Assembly: GCA_034670305.1 (NCBI GenBank)
Contig: JAXMNT010000044.1
Location: 1 to 62,563 of the forward strand
Length of the DNA stretch: 62,563 nucleotides
Reading direction: 5' to 3'
From: Deltaproteobacteria bacterium
GTDB taxonomy: Bacteria; Myxococcota_A; Polyangia; Polyangiales; Houyiibacteriaceae
In this document: positions 1 to 9,762 of the stretch, in pieces
Numbering within the stretch: position 1 is the first letter of the stretch
Layout of the letters: each line of letters begins with the position of its first letter
Position numbers and translations under genes: made by a program
The notes under the pieces: model-generated
What the model was told of the DNA's origin: nothing
Databases searched by the model: none
What the model saw: the letters and a program-made list of their open reading frames with translations, nothing else

Positions 1-2
1 TC

Positions 3-53
3 GAGCAGGTCGTCGCGATGCTCGTCGCGCTGATCAAGCGATCTGACCGCTGA
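3..53 (+). CDS. 3' end (partial) of a probable four-helix-bundle (23S rRNA IVP-like) protein
   Basis: Frame from position 3 reads EQVVAMLVALIKRSDR*, resembling the C-terminal helix of the four-helix-bundle gene at 3800-4111 (DEVCAMLYRLSR*). It is likewise followed by a hexamer tract. Only 16 residues are visible. Confidence 0.5.
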   Translation, partial: EQVVAMLVALIKRSDR

Positions 54-58
54 TCCGC

Positions 59-96
59 GGGCAAGGGCAAAGGCAAGGGCAGGGGCAAGGGGCAGG
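59..96. repeat. Degenerate hexamer tract (GGGCAA/GGCAAG)n
   Basis: About 6 imperfect units directly after the stop codon at 51-53. Confidence 0.8.
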
Positions 97-101
97 CTGC
101 G

Positions 102-122
102 AGAACGCCCTGCGGGCGTTCT
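102..122. other. Perfect 9-bp hairpin (REP-like or terminator-like)
   Basis: AGAACGCCC (102-110), loop TGC, GGGCGTTCT (114-122). Confidence 0.6.
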
Positions 123-250
123 TCAGGCAACCTTGTAGAGGTGTGTGGACCCAGGCGTCAGGGTGTCGGATCCAGGGATACAGATCGGCAGCGGGACATC
201 AAATAGCCGAATGATTTCAGTGCGGTACGGGTTGTGCACAGAGAGACGGC

Positions 251-1882
251 ATGTCCGTTCATCTCGCCCGCCGGTTCCTCCTCCCCGGCCTGCTGGTGTG
301 TCTCGGCTGCCAGGGGATCATCGGCGACCCGACCACCGAGCACCGTCCGCCCGACGTCGACCCAGAACTCCCCGAACTCCCGACCGTCGACGAGTGCCTC
401 GAAGCGCCGCTCGCGCTCGGCGCCGGACCGCTCTCGCGCCTGACCCAGGTCCAGTACCGCAACACCCTGCGTGATCTGCTCGGCCTCGAGACTTCGGTTG
501 CGGATGGGTTCGTGGCCGACGATCGCGTCGCCGGCTTTCACGCCGCCCGCACCATCAGCGCGCTGCAGGTCGAGAAGTACCTCGAGGCTGCGCGCTCCCT
601 CACCGCGGACCTCGACGTCGGCGCGCTCACCGGTTGCGCACCCTCCGAGGCCTGCGCCCGGTCCTTCGTCGAACGGTTTGGCCGACGCGCGTTCCGGCGC
701 CCGCTCACCGCCGAAGAGCGCACCGATCTCTTCGACACCTGGTCGGTCGGTGCCGAGAGTTCGTTCGAGGACGGCGTGCGCCTCGTGGTCGAAGCGGTGC
801 TCGCGTCGCCCGACTTCCTCTACCACGTCGAGGTCGGGGGCGCCGCGGGCGAGATCGTGCCGCTCGGCAACCACGCGCTCGCGTCGCGGCTCTCCTACTT
901 CCTCTGGAACTCCATGCCGGACGACGCGTTGCTCGACGCGGCGGACGGGGTCGAGATCGACATGGAAGCGCAGGCGTGGCGTCTGCTCGCCGACGATCGG
1001 TTCCGCGACACGGTGCACGACTTCTACGCGCAGTGGGTGAGCCTCGATCGGGTCGAGCACTTGGTGAAGGACGAGCGGGTCTACCCAGAGATGAACGCCG
1101 AGCTCTCCCGGGATCTGCGCAACTCGCTCGACCTCTTCGTGCAGTCCGCGCACTTCGGCGAGCAGCCGACCTTCGAGACGTTGATGCGCGGCGAGACCTT
1201 CTACAGCAACGCGCGCATCGCTTCGGTGTACGGCGGTTCGTCGACGAGCGAAGACCTCGAACCCTCCACCGGCCGGCGCGGTCTGCTCGAACAACCGGGC
1301 CTGCTCGCGCTCTTCTCCAAAGCGAACCAGTCCGACCCGATCCACCGCGGCATCTTCGTGCGCGAAGGGTTGCTCTGTCAGAACCTCCCCGAGCCACCGG
1401 CCGACGTGGATCTGATCGTGCGCGAACCCGAACCGGGTCTGAGCACCCGCGACCGGTTCGCCGAACACACCGCCAACGCCGTCTGCGCCGACTGCCACCG
1501 GCTCATCGATCCGATCGGGTTCGGCTTCGAGGCCTTCGACGGCATCGGACGCGAACGCACCGAAGACGAGGGCGTCGCCATCGACTCGACCGGCGAAGTC
1601 TTGATGGGCGGCGACGCGAGCGGCACGTTCGACTCACTCCGCGAACTGTCCGACCAGCTCGCCGACAGCCAGACGGTGCAGCAGTGTTTCGCCACCCAGT
1701 GGTTCCGGTTCGCGCTTCGACGCGCCGAGACACCGGCCGACGCCTGCAGCCTCACCAGCGTCGCTGCGCGCTTCCAGGACAGCGGCGGACGCCTGGACGA
1801 ACTGCTCGTCGGCATCGCGACGAGCGACGCGTTCCGCCACCGACAGATACCGACCGAAGCCGAAGGAGAGGTGCGCCCATGA
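251..1882 (+). CDS. DUF1592/DUF1588-family (PSD/PSCyt) lipoprotein with a c-type heme motif
   Basis: Lipobox-like LVCLGC; typical segments RLTQVQYRNTLRDLLG, FGRRAFRRPL, LASPDFLY, LASRLSYFLWNSMPD and PIHRG; CxxCH (CADCH) followed by IDPIGFGFEAFDGIGR. Confidence 0.9.
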   Translation: MSVHLARRFLLPGLLVCLGCQGIIGDPTTEHRPPDVDPELPELPTVDECLEAPLALGAGPLSRLTQVQYRNTLRDLLGLETSVADGFVADDRVAGFHAARTISALQVEKYLEAARSLTADLDVGALTGCAPSEACARSFVERFGRRAFRRPLTAEERTDLFDTWSVGAESSFEDGVRLVVEAVLASPDFLYHVEVGGAAGEIVPLGNHALASRLSYFLWNSMPDDALLDAADGVEIDMEAQAWRLLADDRFRDTVHDFYAQWVSLDRVEHLVKDERVYPEMNAELSRDLRNSLDLFVQSAHFGEQPTFETLMRGETFYSNARIASVYGGSSTSEDLEPSTGRRGLLEQPGLLALFSKANQSDPIHRGIFVREGLLCQNLPEPPADVDLIVREPEPGLSTRDRFAEHTANAVCADCHRLIDPIGFGFEAFDGIGRERTEDEGVAIDSTGEVLMGGDASGTFDSLRELSDQLADSQTVQQCFATQWFRFALRRAETPADACSLTSVAARFQDSGGRLDELLVGIATSDAFRHRQIPTEAEGEVRP

Positions 1883-3246
1883 GCGCCATGTCACGTCGTG
1901 GGTTGATCCGTTCCATGGGCGGCGCCGCCCTCGCGCTGCCGTTCCTCTCGGCCATGCGCACCGGCGCGCAGGGCGTGGTCGCGCCGAAGCGGTTCCTCGT
2001 GATGTTCACGCCGAACGGTGTGTTCAAACCCAACTGGTTTCCGACCGGCAGCGAACACGACTGGGAGATCAGCCCCTGTCTCGCGCCGCTGGCCCGCCAC
2101 AAAGACCGGCTGCTCGTGCTTGGCGGACAGGGCTGGGATCCGGACTACGACGCGACCCACAACGCACGCGACCACATCGGGGTGTCGATCAAGTGTCTGC
2201 CCTCGCTCCCGAGCCAGGGCCACGAGTTGCAGTCGATGCTGACCGGACTTCCGGGCGCGGAGTTCGACGGACAGACCTGGGCGAACGGCCCGTCGATCGA
2301 TCAGATCATCGCCAACCACATCGGCGCGGACACGGTGTTTCGGTCGCTCGAAGCCGGCGTCCGCGTGACCGGCAACGAAGGCAACGGCCTGCGGCTGAAC
2401 TACTTGGACGCCGGCGCGCCGATCCCGGCGGAGAACGACCCGGCGGCGATGTGGGACCGGGTCTTCGGCACGCTCTCCCTCGACCCGGCGGAGGCCGACC
2501 GTCGGCGCGCGCAGCGGCAGCGCGTGGTGGACTTTCTCCACCGCCGTTTCTCCACCCTGCGCCCGCGTCTCGGCGTCGCGGACCAGCGCGTGCTCGACGC
2601 CCACACCGCGAGCCTCTCTGCGCTCGAGTCGCGACTGCTCGGGAGTGGCGGCGGCATGTGCACGTTGCCCGAACGGCAAGTCGTCGAGAGCGGTCACTGG
2701 GACGACTGGAGCAACATGCCCGCGCTCGCCCGCGCGCAGATGGACAACATCGCGGCGGCGTTCGCGTGTGACCTGACACGGGTCGCGACCCTCCAGGTCA
2801 GCGGTGCGGCGAGCAACGCGCGCTACACGTTCCTCAACGGTCCGGACGGCCGCCCGATCACCGAACTGCACCACGGGCTCAGCCACGAGCCGTGGTCGAA
2901 CGCCGACGCGATGGAGAAGATGACCCGCATCAGCCAGTGGCACTCGGAACAGCTCGCGTACCTGATGGACCGGCTGGCGGAGACCCCGGATCTCGATGGA
3001 CGCACCGTGCTCGACAACACCTGCATCCTCTGGATGAACGAGCTGAGCCACGGCGTCTACCACACCCACCAGAACATGCCCTGGCTGCTCGCAGGCGGCG
3101 CCGGCATGCGCACCGGCCGCTTCCTCCAGCTCGGCGACACCGCGCACAACGACCTGCTCTTGGCGATCGCGCAGCTGATGGACGTCCCGATCGACCACGT
3201 CGGATCCCCCGAATGGACGACGGGCGCGATGCCCGGCCTGACCTGA
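1879..3246 (+). CDS. DUF1552 (HXXSHH) family protein, Tat-exported
   Basis: ATG at 1879 overlaps the upstream stop (ATGA). Tat-like SRRGLIR; PKRFLVMFTPNG, SIDQIIA, AFACDLTRVATL and HHGLSH motifs; usual partner of DUF1592 genes. Confidence 0.9.
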   Translation: MSAMSRRGLIRSMGGAALALPFLSAMRTGAQGVVAPKRFLVMFTPNGVFKPNWFPTGSEHDWEISPCLAPLARHKDRLLVLGGQGWDPDYDATHNARDHIGVSIKCLPSLPSQGHELQSMLTGLPGAEFDGQTWANGPSIDQIIANHIGADTVFRSLEAGVRVTGNEGNGLRLNYLDAGAPIPAENDPAAMWDRVFGTLSLDPAEADRRRAQRQRVVDFLHRRFSTLRPRLGVADQRVLDAHTASLSALESRLLGSGGGMCTLPERQVVESGHWDDWSNMPALARAQMDNIAAAFACDLTRVATLQVSGAASNARYTFLNGPDGRPITELHHGLSHEPWSNADAMEKMTRISQWHSEQLAYLMDRLAETPDLDGRTVLDNTCILWMNELSHGVYHTHQNMPWLLAGGAGMRTGRFLQLGDTAHNDLLLAIAQLMDVPIDHVGSPEWTTGAMPGLT

Positions 3247-3248
3247 AG

Positions 3249-3546
<298 letters not shown>

Positions 3547-3627
3547 ATCAGCCACGGCCAGTAGCCTCTCCTTCGGAAGTCGGCTCCTTCATCCTTCGGA
3601 TTCGGAGTGACTGGGGTGGGCTTGCTG

Positions 3628-3763
3628 GCTCGGCGGGATCTTGATGGTGGCGGAGTGCTCGGGCGCGTCAAGGGTGCCTTCGGCCCCAGCCTTCGGAAGG
3701 CTGGCTTCGCCCTTGACCCGCCCTCCGCTCTCCACCGGGGGCGCACGGGGTGCGCCGCCGAGC
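3628..3763 (+). ncRNA. Candidate structured leader (RNA or ssDNA) upstream of the four-helix-bundle gene
   Basis: Nested complementary pairs: GCTCGGCGG 3628-36/CCGCCGAGC 3755-63; GGTGG 3646-50/CCACC 3732-36; GGGCG 3661-65/CGCCC 3719-23; GTCAAGGG 3667-74/CCCTTGAC 3710-17; CCAGCCTT 3686-93/AAGGCTGG 3697-3704; side hairpin GGCGCAC 3740-46/GTGCGCC 3750-56. Several CTTCGG motifs. Confidence 0.55.
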
Positions 3764-3799
3764 AATGTCGCTCTGGTGTGTGGCGCGTTGGAGGCTGTG

Positions 3800-4111
3800 A
3801 TGATTGTTCTCGAAACTTCTCTTGTTCTCGTTGGTGAGTTGCGCGGGGTGATGGCTGCTGTTTCTCGCCAGGACCGTTCGCTTGGGGAGCAGATGCGGCG
3901 GGCGGCTCAGTCGGTCGTACTGAACTGCGCGGAAGCGAAGCACGCTCGCGGGAAGCGGAGCGTGGACAGGTTCTCCATCGCATATGGTGAAGCGAGTGAG
4001 CTGAAGGCTGCGCTTCGACTGGTGCGGGTGTTCGGGTACGCGGAGGTGAGCGAAGGGACGATGCGGCGCTGCGATGAGGTCTGCGCGATGTTGTACCGGC
4101 TGAGTCGCTAG
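3800..4111 (+). CDS. Four-helix-bundle protein (23S rRNA intervening-sequence protein family, Avd-like fold), 103 aa
   Basis: GGAGG RBS at 3790-94, ATG at 3800. Family-like motifs LGEQMRRAAQSVVLNCAE, FSIAYGEASE and C-terminal VCAMLYRL. Confidence 0.85.
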   Translation: MIVLETSLVLVGELRGVMAAVSRQDRSLGEQMRRAAQSVVLNCAEAKHARGKRSVDRFSIAYGEASELKAALRLVRVFGYAEVSEGTMRRCDEVCAMLYRLSR

Positions 4112-4119
4112 ACCGGCTG

Positions 4120-4186
4120 CGAGGCCCGCGCGAACCGCGGGCCTCGGTTTCGGGATGCTAGGCCCGCGCGCGTGTCGCGCGGGCTT
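4120..4186. other. Two tandem near-identical GC-rich hairpins
   Basis: CGAGGCCCGCG (4120-30)/CGCGGGCCTCG (4136-46) and AGGCCCGCGCG (4160-70)/CGCGCGGGCTT (4176-86). Confidence 0.7.
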
Positions 4187-4371
4187 CGGGCTTCGGCTTC
4201 GGCTTCGGCTTCGGCTTCGGCTTCGGCTTCGGCTTCGGCATCGGCTTCGGCTTCGGCTTCGGCATCGGCTTCGGCTTCGGCCTCGGCGTCGGCTTCGGCT
4301 TCGGGATCGGCTTCGGCTTCGGCGTCGGCTCCGGCGTCGGCTTCGGCTTCGGCTTCGGGCTTCGGCTTCGG
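4182..4371. repeat. Hexamer tract (GGCTTC/GGCATC/GGCGTC)n
   Basis: About 190 bp of period-6 repeat downstream of the four-helix-bundle gene. Confidence 0.95.
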
Positions 4372-4438
4372 AACAACCTGGGGCACCCGCACGACCACGG
4401 ATTTCGGATGCGCCCCCGCCGCCGAACCCTGATAGACC

Positions 4439-5434
4439 GTGTCGGTGACACGCGTCGTTCCGCTGCTGCTCTGCGCCTTCGTCGCCTGCGCCGACGACGA
4501 TCCCATCACCTTCACGGCGGTGACCTTCAACACCGGCACCACCGAGAACATGGGGAGCGACGACCACGTCGATGGGTACAGCGAAGCGCATGAGCTCGTG
4601 AGCGATGCGCACTACGGCAACGGACTCGCTTGGTTGCCAGCGGTCCGCGCGGCCGAAGCGTTCTTCGCGGAGTTGCAACCGGACGTCGTCGCCTTCCAGG
4701 AGATCTTCCATCCAGGCGATTGCCCGCTCGTGCCCGAAGCCGACCGGGTGGGCTTCGTGTGCGAGGACTGGGCGGAAGGCGACCCCACCGTGGCGCAGGT
4801 CATCCTGGGCGCCGGCTATCAGGTCGCGTGCAACCTCGGCAAACCCGACAAGTGCATCGCCGTGGGGCGCGCCTTCGGCACCATTCGTGGCTGCGACGGG
4901 GACCTGTGCTTGGACGGTTTGGCAGGTGGCCGGGTGCCCGACTGCGGCGGTGGCTCGCGGGTAGGGCGGGCGGAGGTCGAGCTCGTCGACGAGGCGGGTC
5001 TGGCCACCGGTGACGTGCTCACGGTGGTCTCTATGCACGGCTCGTCGGGCTTTGGGACCGAGGACTTCGGGTGTCGCGAACAACAGTTCGAACAAGTGTT
5101 CGTCGACCTGCTCGATGGCAGCGGCATGCCCGGCGCGAACGGTTCGATGAACCTGGTGCTCGGCGACTTCAACACGGACCCGGGCCGTGCGATGCGGATC
5201 GACTCGAGCGCGCAGCGTCTGCTCGATCTCGCGGAAGAGTTCGGGTTCTCGTTCCTCACCGAGGTCGGCCGTGGCGCGCCAGGAACCTACGCGGGCGCGG
5301 TCGACATCGACCACGTGCTCTCGGATGCGTTCTCCGGCACCTGCATCGCGCCCGGCGTCACGGACCCGAACCGAGTGTACGGGCCACCTTACTTCGACCA
5401 CGTGCCGATCGTCTGCGCGTTGCAAGAGCGTTGA
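4439..5434 (+). CDS. Endonuclease/exonuclease/phosphatase (EEP) family lipoprotein
   Basis: Signal peptide with lipobox (AFVAC); EEP motifs VTFN, AFQEI, LGDFN, IDHVL and FDHVPI. Confidence 0.85.
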   Translation: MSVTRVVPLLLCAFVACADDDPITFTAVTFNTGTTENMGSDDHVDGYSEAHELVSDAHYGNGLAWLPAVRAAEAFFAELQPDVVAFQEIFHPGDCPLVPEADRVGFVCEDWAEGDPTVAQVILGAGYQVACNLGKPDKCIAVGRAFGTIRGCDGDLCLDGLAGGRVPDCGGGSRVGRAEVELVDEAGLATGDVLTVVSMHGSSGFGTEDFGCREQQFEQVFVDLLDGSGMPGANGSMNLVLGDFNTDPGRAMRIDSSAQRLLDLAEEFGFSFLTEVGRGAPGTYAGAVDIDHVLSDAFSGTCIAPGVTDPNRVYGPPYFDHVPIVCALQER

Positions 5435-5541
5435 GCGCCGGCCACGGCAGCTTCGGAAAAAGGCCGCTTCACGACGGAGCTTCCGAGGCAGCGGGAGGCG
5501 GACGTGAACTGAGGCCGAGGATCTGCCACCCTGGTGCCGTC

Positions 5542-5898
5542 ATGACTCGACTCACCGTTCTGCTCGCCGCCCTCTTGTTCTCCCTCGGGCACATCGCCGT
5601 CCCTCCGCACGCCGAAGCGCTCAGCTGCGCGCAGCGGTTGATCTCCAACGGCGACTCGCCCGCGCGGGTCCTCGGCCGCTGCGGAGAACCGCTCACGCGG
5701 ACCCAGCGCATCGAACATCGGAGCCAGACCGTCTACCAGAACTTCGGCAACGGAGTGTTCGCCCAGACCTTCGCGGTCTCGGTGTCCGTGGAGACCTGGG
5801 TCTACGACTTCGGAAGCAACCGCTTCATGCAGGAGCTCACCTTCGAAGACGGAGTGCTCTGCCGCATCCGAGCCCTCGGCTACGGCTCCGCCCGCTAG
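5542..5898 (+). CDS. DUF2845-family secreted protein
   Basis: Signal peptide, then LSC..LISNGDS...VLGRCGEP and ETWVYDFGSNRFMQELTFEDG. Confidence 0.8.
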   Translation: MTRLTVLLAALLFSLGHIAVPPHAEALSCAQRLISNGDSPARVLGRCGEPLTRTQRIEHRSQTVYQNFGNGVFAQTFAVSVSVETWVYDFGSNRFMQELTFEDGVLCRIRALGYGSAR

Positions 5899-6097
5899 GC
5901 CGAGCCGCCCGTCTCGCGAAGCGACACGGGGATTTTCAATCCCCCGGAAGAAGCAACGTATCGCCCGCAAAGACAGGTGGTTGAAGCGTCTGAAGTGATC
6001 CGCTGTGACGTTGATTGTGACAGCGTGCGGAACGGGACCGCGCGGTGTGGTGGACAGCTCGCTTCGCAGCGGTCGGTCACGCTCCGGTCGGCCGCGT

Positions 6098-6907
6098 TCA
6101 GGAACCCACTTCGGACACCTTCGGCCGCACCCCCGAGCGTGCCGACGCGGTGGCCTCTTCCAACTTCGATTCGAGCCACGCCACGGCTTCGAGGTGCAGC
6201 TCGATCGCGAGGATCGCCGGACTCTTCCCGCCCCGCTCCACGATCGACTTCCACCGTGAGTTGTACGCGCTCGTACTCAGCCCGAGCGTCGCGCGCACAT
6301 CGCTTCGCGTTGCCCGCACGCAGTGCGCCGCGACCACGTCCAACATCGCGGGGCTCAGCCGCAGTCGCGCGCCCGCCCGGATCACGACACCCACCAAGGT
6401 CTCCGAGAGCTCGCACCAAGGCGGCCGCGTCATGCCGGTGTCGCGCACGTACCGCGCACCGAGATGCACCGAGAGCGCCGCCCGCAGTCCGTTCAAGTCG
6501 ACGCCCTTCCTCCGGGTCGCCACGCCGGCCGCCATTGCGAGTACCCGAGTCCGTTCGTCGAGCCCATCGCTGTTCAGCAGAATCGGCGCGACCACGCCCG
6601 CCCTCCGCGCCTCGAGCGCGAGCGACAACCCAGTCTTGCTCGACCGAGTCAGCCCGTGATCGAGCACGACGAGATCCCACGCCTCGCGCAACCGAGCCTC
6701 CGCCCGCCGGGATGTCTGAACCACCACCAACTCCACGTGCTGCAAGAGCAACTCCACCAGCTCCGCATACGTCGCGTCATCCTCCACGAGCAGCACCCAC
6801 TTGGTCGGCGGCGAAGAGGAGAGCGCATCCACAAAGCACCTCCTCGACCACGCAGACGGCGAGTTGCGGACCTTGCGTGACATGCTCCCGTCCTCGTTCG
6901 AGGACAC
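6098..6907 (-). CDS. Response-regulator receiver-domain protein with uncharacterised (possibly HTH) C-terminus
   Basis: VLLVEDD, DLVVLD (phosphoacceptor), GLSLA and PILL pattern. Start uncertain (alternative ATG at 6883). Confidence 0.65.
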   Translation of the reverse strand: MSSNEDGSMSRKVRNSPSAWSRRCFVDALSSSPPTKWVLLVEDDATYAELVELLLQHVELVVVQTSRRAEARLREAWDLVVLDHGLTRSSKTGLSLALEARRAGVVAPILLNSDGLDERTRVLAMAAGVATRRKGVDLNGLRAALSVHLGARYVRDTGMTRPPWCELSETLVGVVIRAGARLRLSPAMLDVVAAHCVRATRSDVRATLGLSTSAYNSRWKSIVERGGKSPAILAIELHLEAVAWLESKLEEATASARSGVRPKVSEVGS

Positions 6908-7261
6908 CCATTCTTGGGTTGTGTTTTTGGGACGAGTACACAGCGGACGACGTTTGATTCGAGAACGTCGTACGTAAGTGTGACCTCACCAATCTGGGGT
7001 CCAACAAGTTCTACTACCCAGATGGGTGAGTGCGTGTCGCGCGACGTTTTCCTCAATAATATTGGGGGCTGCGATGTGGTGCCTGCGTCGACCGGCAACG
7101 TTCGAGCGTCGCCAGTGCACGAACCGATCGGCGCATCCGCCCATTTCGAACAAAATGACAAAAATCTTTTCGACGACGTCCCGTGAAACACGGTGGATCG
7201 TCGAACCACCCCCATTTCTGGGGGTGCCGCGACACTAGGAAGCAGGTTACCAACGTCGCCG

Positions 7262-8449
7262 ATGTTGGTCCCCCTCATCCCGCGCATCCGTCGATCGACG
7301 CTCGCCGCAGCCAGCGCAGCCGCGCTCTGCATCGCGTTCGCTCCGGCCCACGCGCATGCCTACCGCACCGGCGCAGACCTGCCCGGTTTCGAGGGATCCG
7401 AGCGCGTCGCCTGGGCCGAAGGCCGCATTTCGATTGAGCTCGGCATCGAACCACCGCCCGGCATCAGCGAGCGCGCCTGGCAAGACGCCGCATCCGCATC
7501 GGCCAGCACCTGGAACGCCGTAGACTGCTCGAGCGCGCGGCTCACGCTCAGCCCGTCCACCTCCAACGAAGCGGTCGCCGGAGACGGCATCAGCAGCATC
7601 GTCGTCGTCACCGAAGGCTGGTCCGCCCTCGGCCTTGACGCGGACGCCGCGGCCACCACCGACATCGCCTACGCCCGACGCACCGACGCAGGCTCCGAGA
7701 CCGACTGGCTCATCGTCGAAGCCGACATCCTCTTGAACGCTGAGAGCTTCCAGTTCGGAATCGACCCAACCGATTCCAACATCCGCGACCTCCGCACCGT
7801 CCTCACCCACGAACTCGGCCACGTCCTCGGCCTCACCCACAACTGCGAACCCGACGGCGCGGAGGGCGCTCCTGTGTGCGACGCGTCGCACGAGGCGGCG
7901 ACGCTGTACCCGATCTACGTGGGCGCCGAGATGCGGTCACTCTCTGACGACGACGCTGAGGGCGTGTGCTTTCTGTACCCACCGCTCTCGTGCGATGTGA
8001 CTTGCGTCGGCGCGTGCGATGGAGAGCGATGCAGGGCGCTCTCTCCCGCTCTGGGCGACCCATGTGGAAGTTCGTCCGACTGCGCGTCGGGGGTGTGCCA
8101 CGCCGACGGCTACTGCTCGCGGGGCTGCAGCGAGACGTGCTCCTCTGGGTTCACGTGCCGAGACGGATTCTGCGAAGCAGACGGATCGGTCTACGGCGCA
8201 CCGTGCGGGAGTGGCGGCGTGTGTGCGTCCAACTTGTGCCTGACCGGTCTTGAACCAGGTCGCTGCACGCGGACCTGCAGAGACACGGCCTGTCCAATGG
8301 CAGACGAGTGCATCTCCGTGGATGGAACACTCGCATGTCGTCCACCAGGAAATGCCGGCGGCTGTCGGGCGTCCTCCTCGGGTTCCATGCCCTCATCTGG
8401 CGCGCTCTTCCTGTCAGTTCTGTTCGTGCTCACCCGGAGAATCTCGTGA
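7262..8449 (+). CDS. Matrixin-like zinc metalloprotease with Cys-rich repeats and MYXO-CTERM-like anchor
   Basis: Signal peptide ending AHA; IVEADILLN; HELGHVLGLTH zinc motif; Cys-rich repeats; C-terminal GGC...hydrophobic stretch...RR. Confidence 0.85.
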   Translation: MLVPLIPRIRRSTLAAASAAALCIAFAPAHAHAYRTGADLPGFEGSERVAWAEGRISIELGIEPPPGISERAWQDAASASASTWNAVDCSSARLTLSPSTSNEAVAGDGISSIVVVTEGWSALGLDADAAATTDIAYARRTDAGSETDWLIVEADILLNAESFQFGIDPTDSNIRDLRTVLTHELGHVLGLTHNCEPDGAEGAPVCDASHEAATLYPIYVGAEMRSLSDDDAEGVCFLYPPLSCDVTCVGACDGERCRALSPALGDPCGSSSDCASGVCHADGYCSRGCSETCSSGFTCRDGFCEADGSVYGAPCGSGGVCASNLCLTGLEPGRCTRTCRDTACPMADECISVDGTLACRPPGNAGGCRASSSGSMPSSGALFLSVLFVLTRRIS

Positions 8450-9762
8450 CTCGTATTTGCCTTGTGCTTGCCGCAGTAACAGTTATCGGGTGCGGCGAAT
8501 CCGCCTCTGGTGAGTTGGATGCTTCCACCGATGCTGAGTTGAACGATGTTCGGTCCGAAGACGCCGACGATAGGCCCATCGACACGGGCGGTCCGGATGT
8601 GGGTCCCGCCGACGCGGGCGCCAGTCCCAGCGACGCGGGCGACATTCCGGACGACACAGGGGTGGACGCGCTCGTCCCGGGCGACGCCGGTATTGATGCG
8701 TTTATGGAGTGTGAACCAGGCTCGATGCGCACGGCTGCGTGCGGGAACTGCGGGATCACCCAAGAACTCTGTAGCGCGGCGGGAGTGTGGGAGGCCGGGA
8801 CTTGTCTCGGTGAGAGGGAATGCGCGGCGGGGAGTCTCGAGTCGCAGGCTCTTCCACTGTGCGGTGAGGAACAGCGCCTTTGCCTCGACAGTTGCGAGTG
8901 GTCCGACTGGTTCTTGGTCACCGAAGGCGAGGGCGAATGCGAGCCAGGAGAAACGCAGTTCTTGGGTGGATCCGGCTGCTCCGAGACCGAAGGTCGCGAG
9001 CATGTGTGCAGCGGGAGTTGCAGCTTCGAACCGGTAGGCGAATGTCGAGATGTTTGCGGACCGACCACCACCTCACCCTATGACGAGCAGGAGGTGTGTG
9101 TGCCCTACGGCGAGTTCACTCGAGGCGACGACGAGCACGCAACGACCCCACGCCAGACAGTCTATGTCTCGACGTTTGTGATCGATGTGTTCCCCGTCAC
9201 CAACGCACGCTACCGAGCTTGTCGTGCGGAAGGCCGTTGTGCGGAGCGAATGCCGGGCCCCTACGAGGACCACTTGCGCCTTCGACCGGCCGACCATCCA
9301 GTGCTGGGTGTGGACACAAGTCGAGCCGCAGAGTTTTGCGACTGGGATGGCGGTGGCCGCCTCCCGACCGAAGCGGAGTGGGAGAAAGCGGTGCGTGGAA
9401 CCGACGGAGCCAACATCTACGCATGGGGGAACGCGGCAAGCTGCGCCGAGTGGCGCCATGTTCTGGAGTGTCCTGGTTACGACGACTCGTTCTTGGAGCG
9501 CGCAATCGATACACTTCCAGAATCTAACGGCGCCTTCATTCGAGACTCTGTTGGGATGACTGGATACGAGATCGTGTCCGACTACTACGCCTCTTCTGGG
9601 TACGAGCCGGATGTGCTGAGAGATCCAACAGGGCCAGAAGATCCCTCCAGAGGAAACGTGATCAAGGGTAGTCCGAGTCAGTTCTACGCAAACATTCGCA
9701 TTTCTTACCGAAATGCCGGCAACCAAGGGCGCTTTCGATGCGTTCGCGACGGGAGAGACTGA
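8446..9762 (+). CDS. FGE-sulfatase (SUMF1/EgtB/PvdO)-domain lipoprotein with Cys-rich N-terminal region
   Basis: GTG overlaps the upstream TGA; lipobox VIGC; F.IDVFPVTN..Y, RLPTEAEWEKA.RG, YAWGN and terminal FRCVR. Confidence 0.85.
   Translation: MTRICLVLAAVTVIGCGESASGELDASTDAELNDVRSEDADDRPIDTGGPDVGPADAGASPSDAGDIPDDTGVDALVPGDAGIDAFMECEPGSMRTAACGNCGITQELCSAAGVWEAGTCLGERECAAGSLESQALPLCGEEQRLCLDSCEWSDWFLVTEGEGECEPGETQFLGGSGCSETEGREHVCSGSCSFEPVGECRDVCGPTTTSPYDEQEVCVPYGEFTRGDDEHATTPRQTVYVSTFVIDVFPVTNARYRACRAEGRCAERMPGPYEDHLRLRPADHPVLGVDTSRAAEFCDWDGGGRLPTEAEWEKAVRGTDGANIYAWGNAASCAEWRHVLECPGYDDSFLERAIDTLPESNGAFIRDSVGMTGYEIVSDYYASSGYEPDVLRDPTGPEDPSRGNVIKGSPSQFYANIRISYRNAGNQGRFRCVRDGRD

Noticed and set aside
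3800-9762. Diversity-generating retroelement (Avd-like gene plus FGE-fold gene)
   Set aside because: No reverse transcriptase and no template/variable repeat pair seen; the two genes are 4 kb apart and unlinked.
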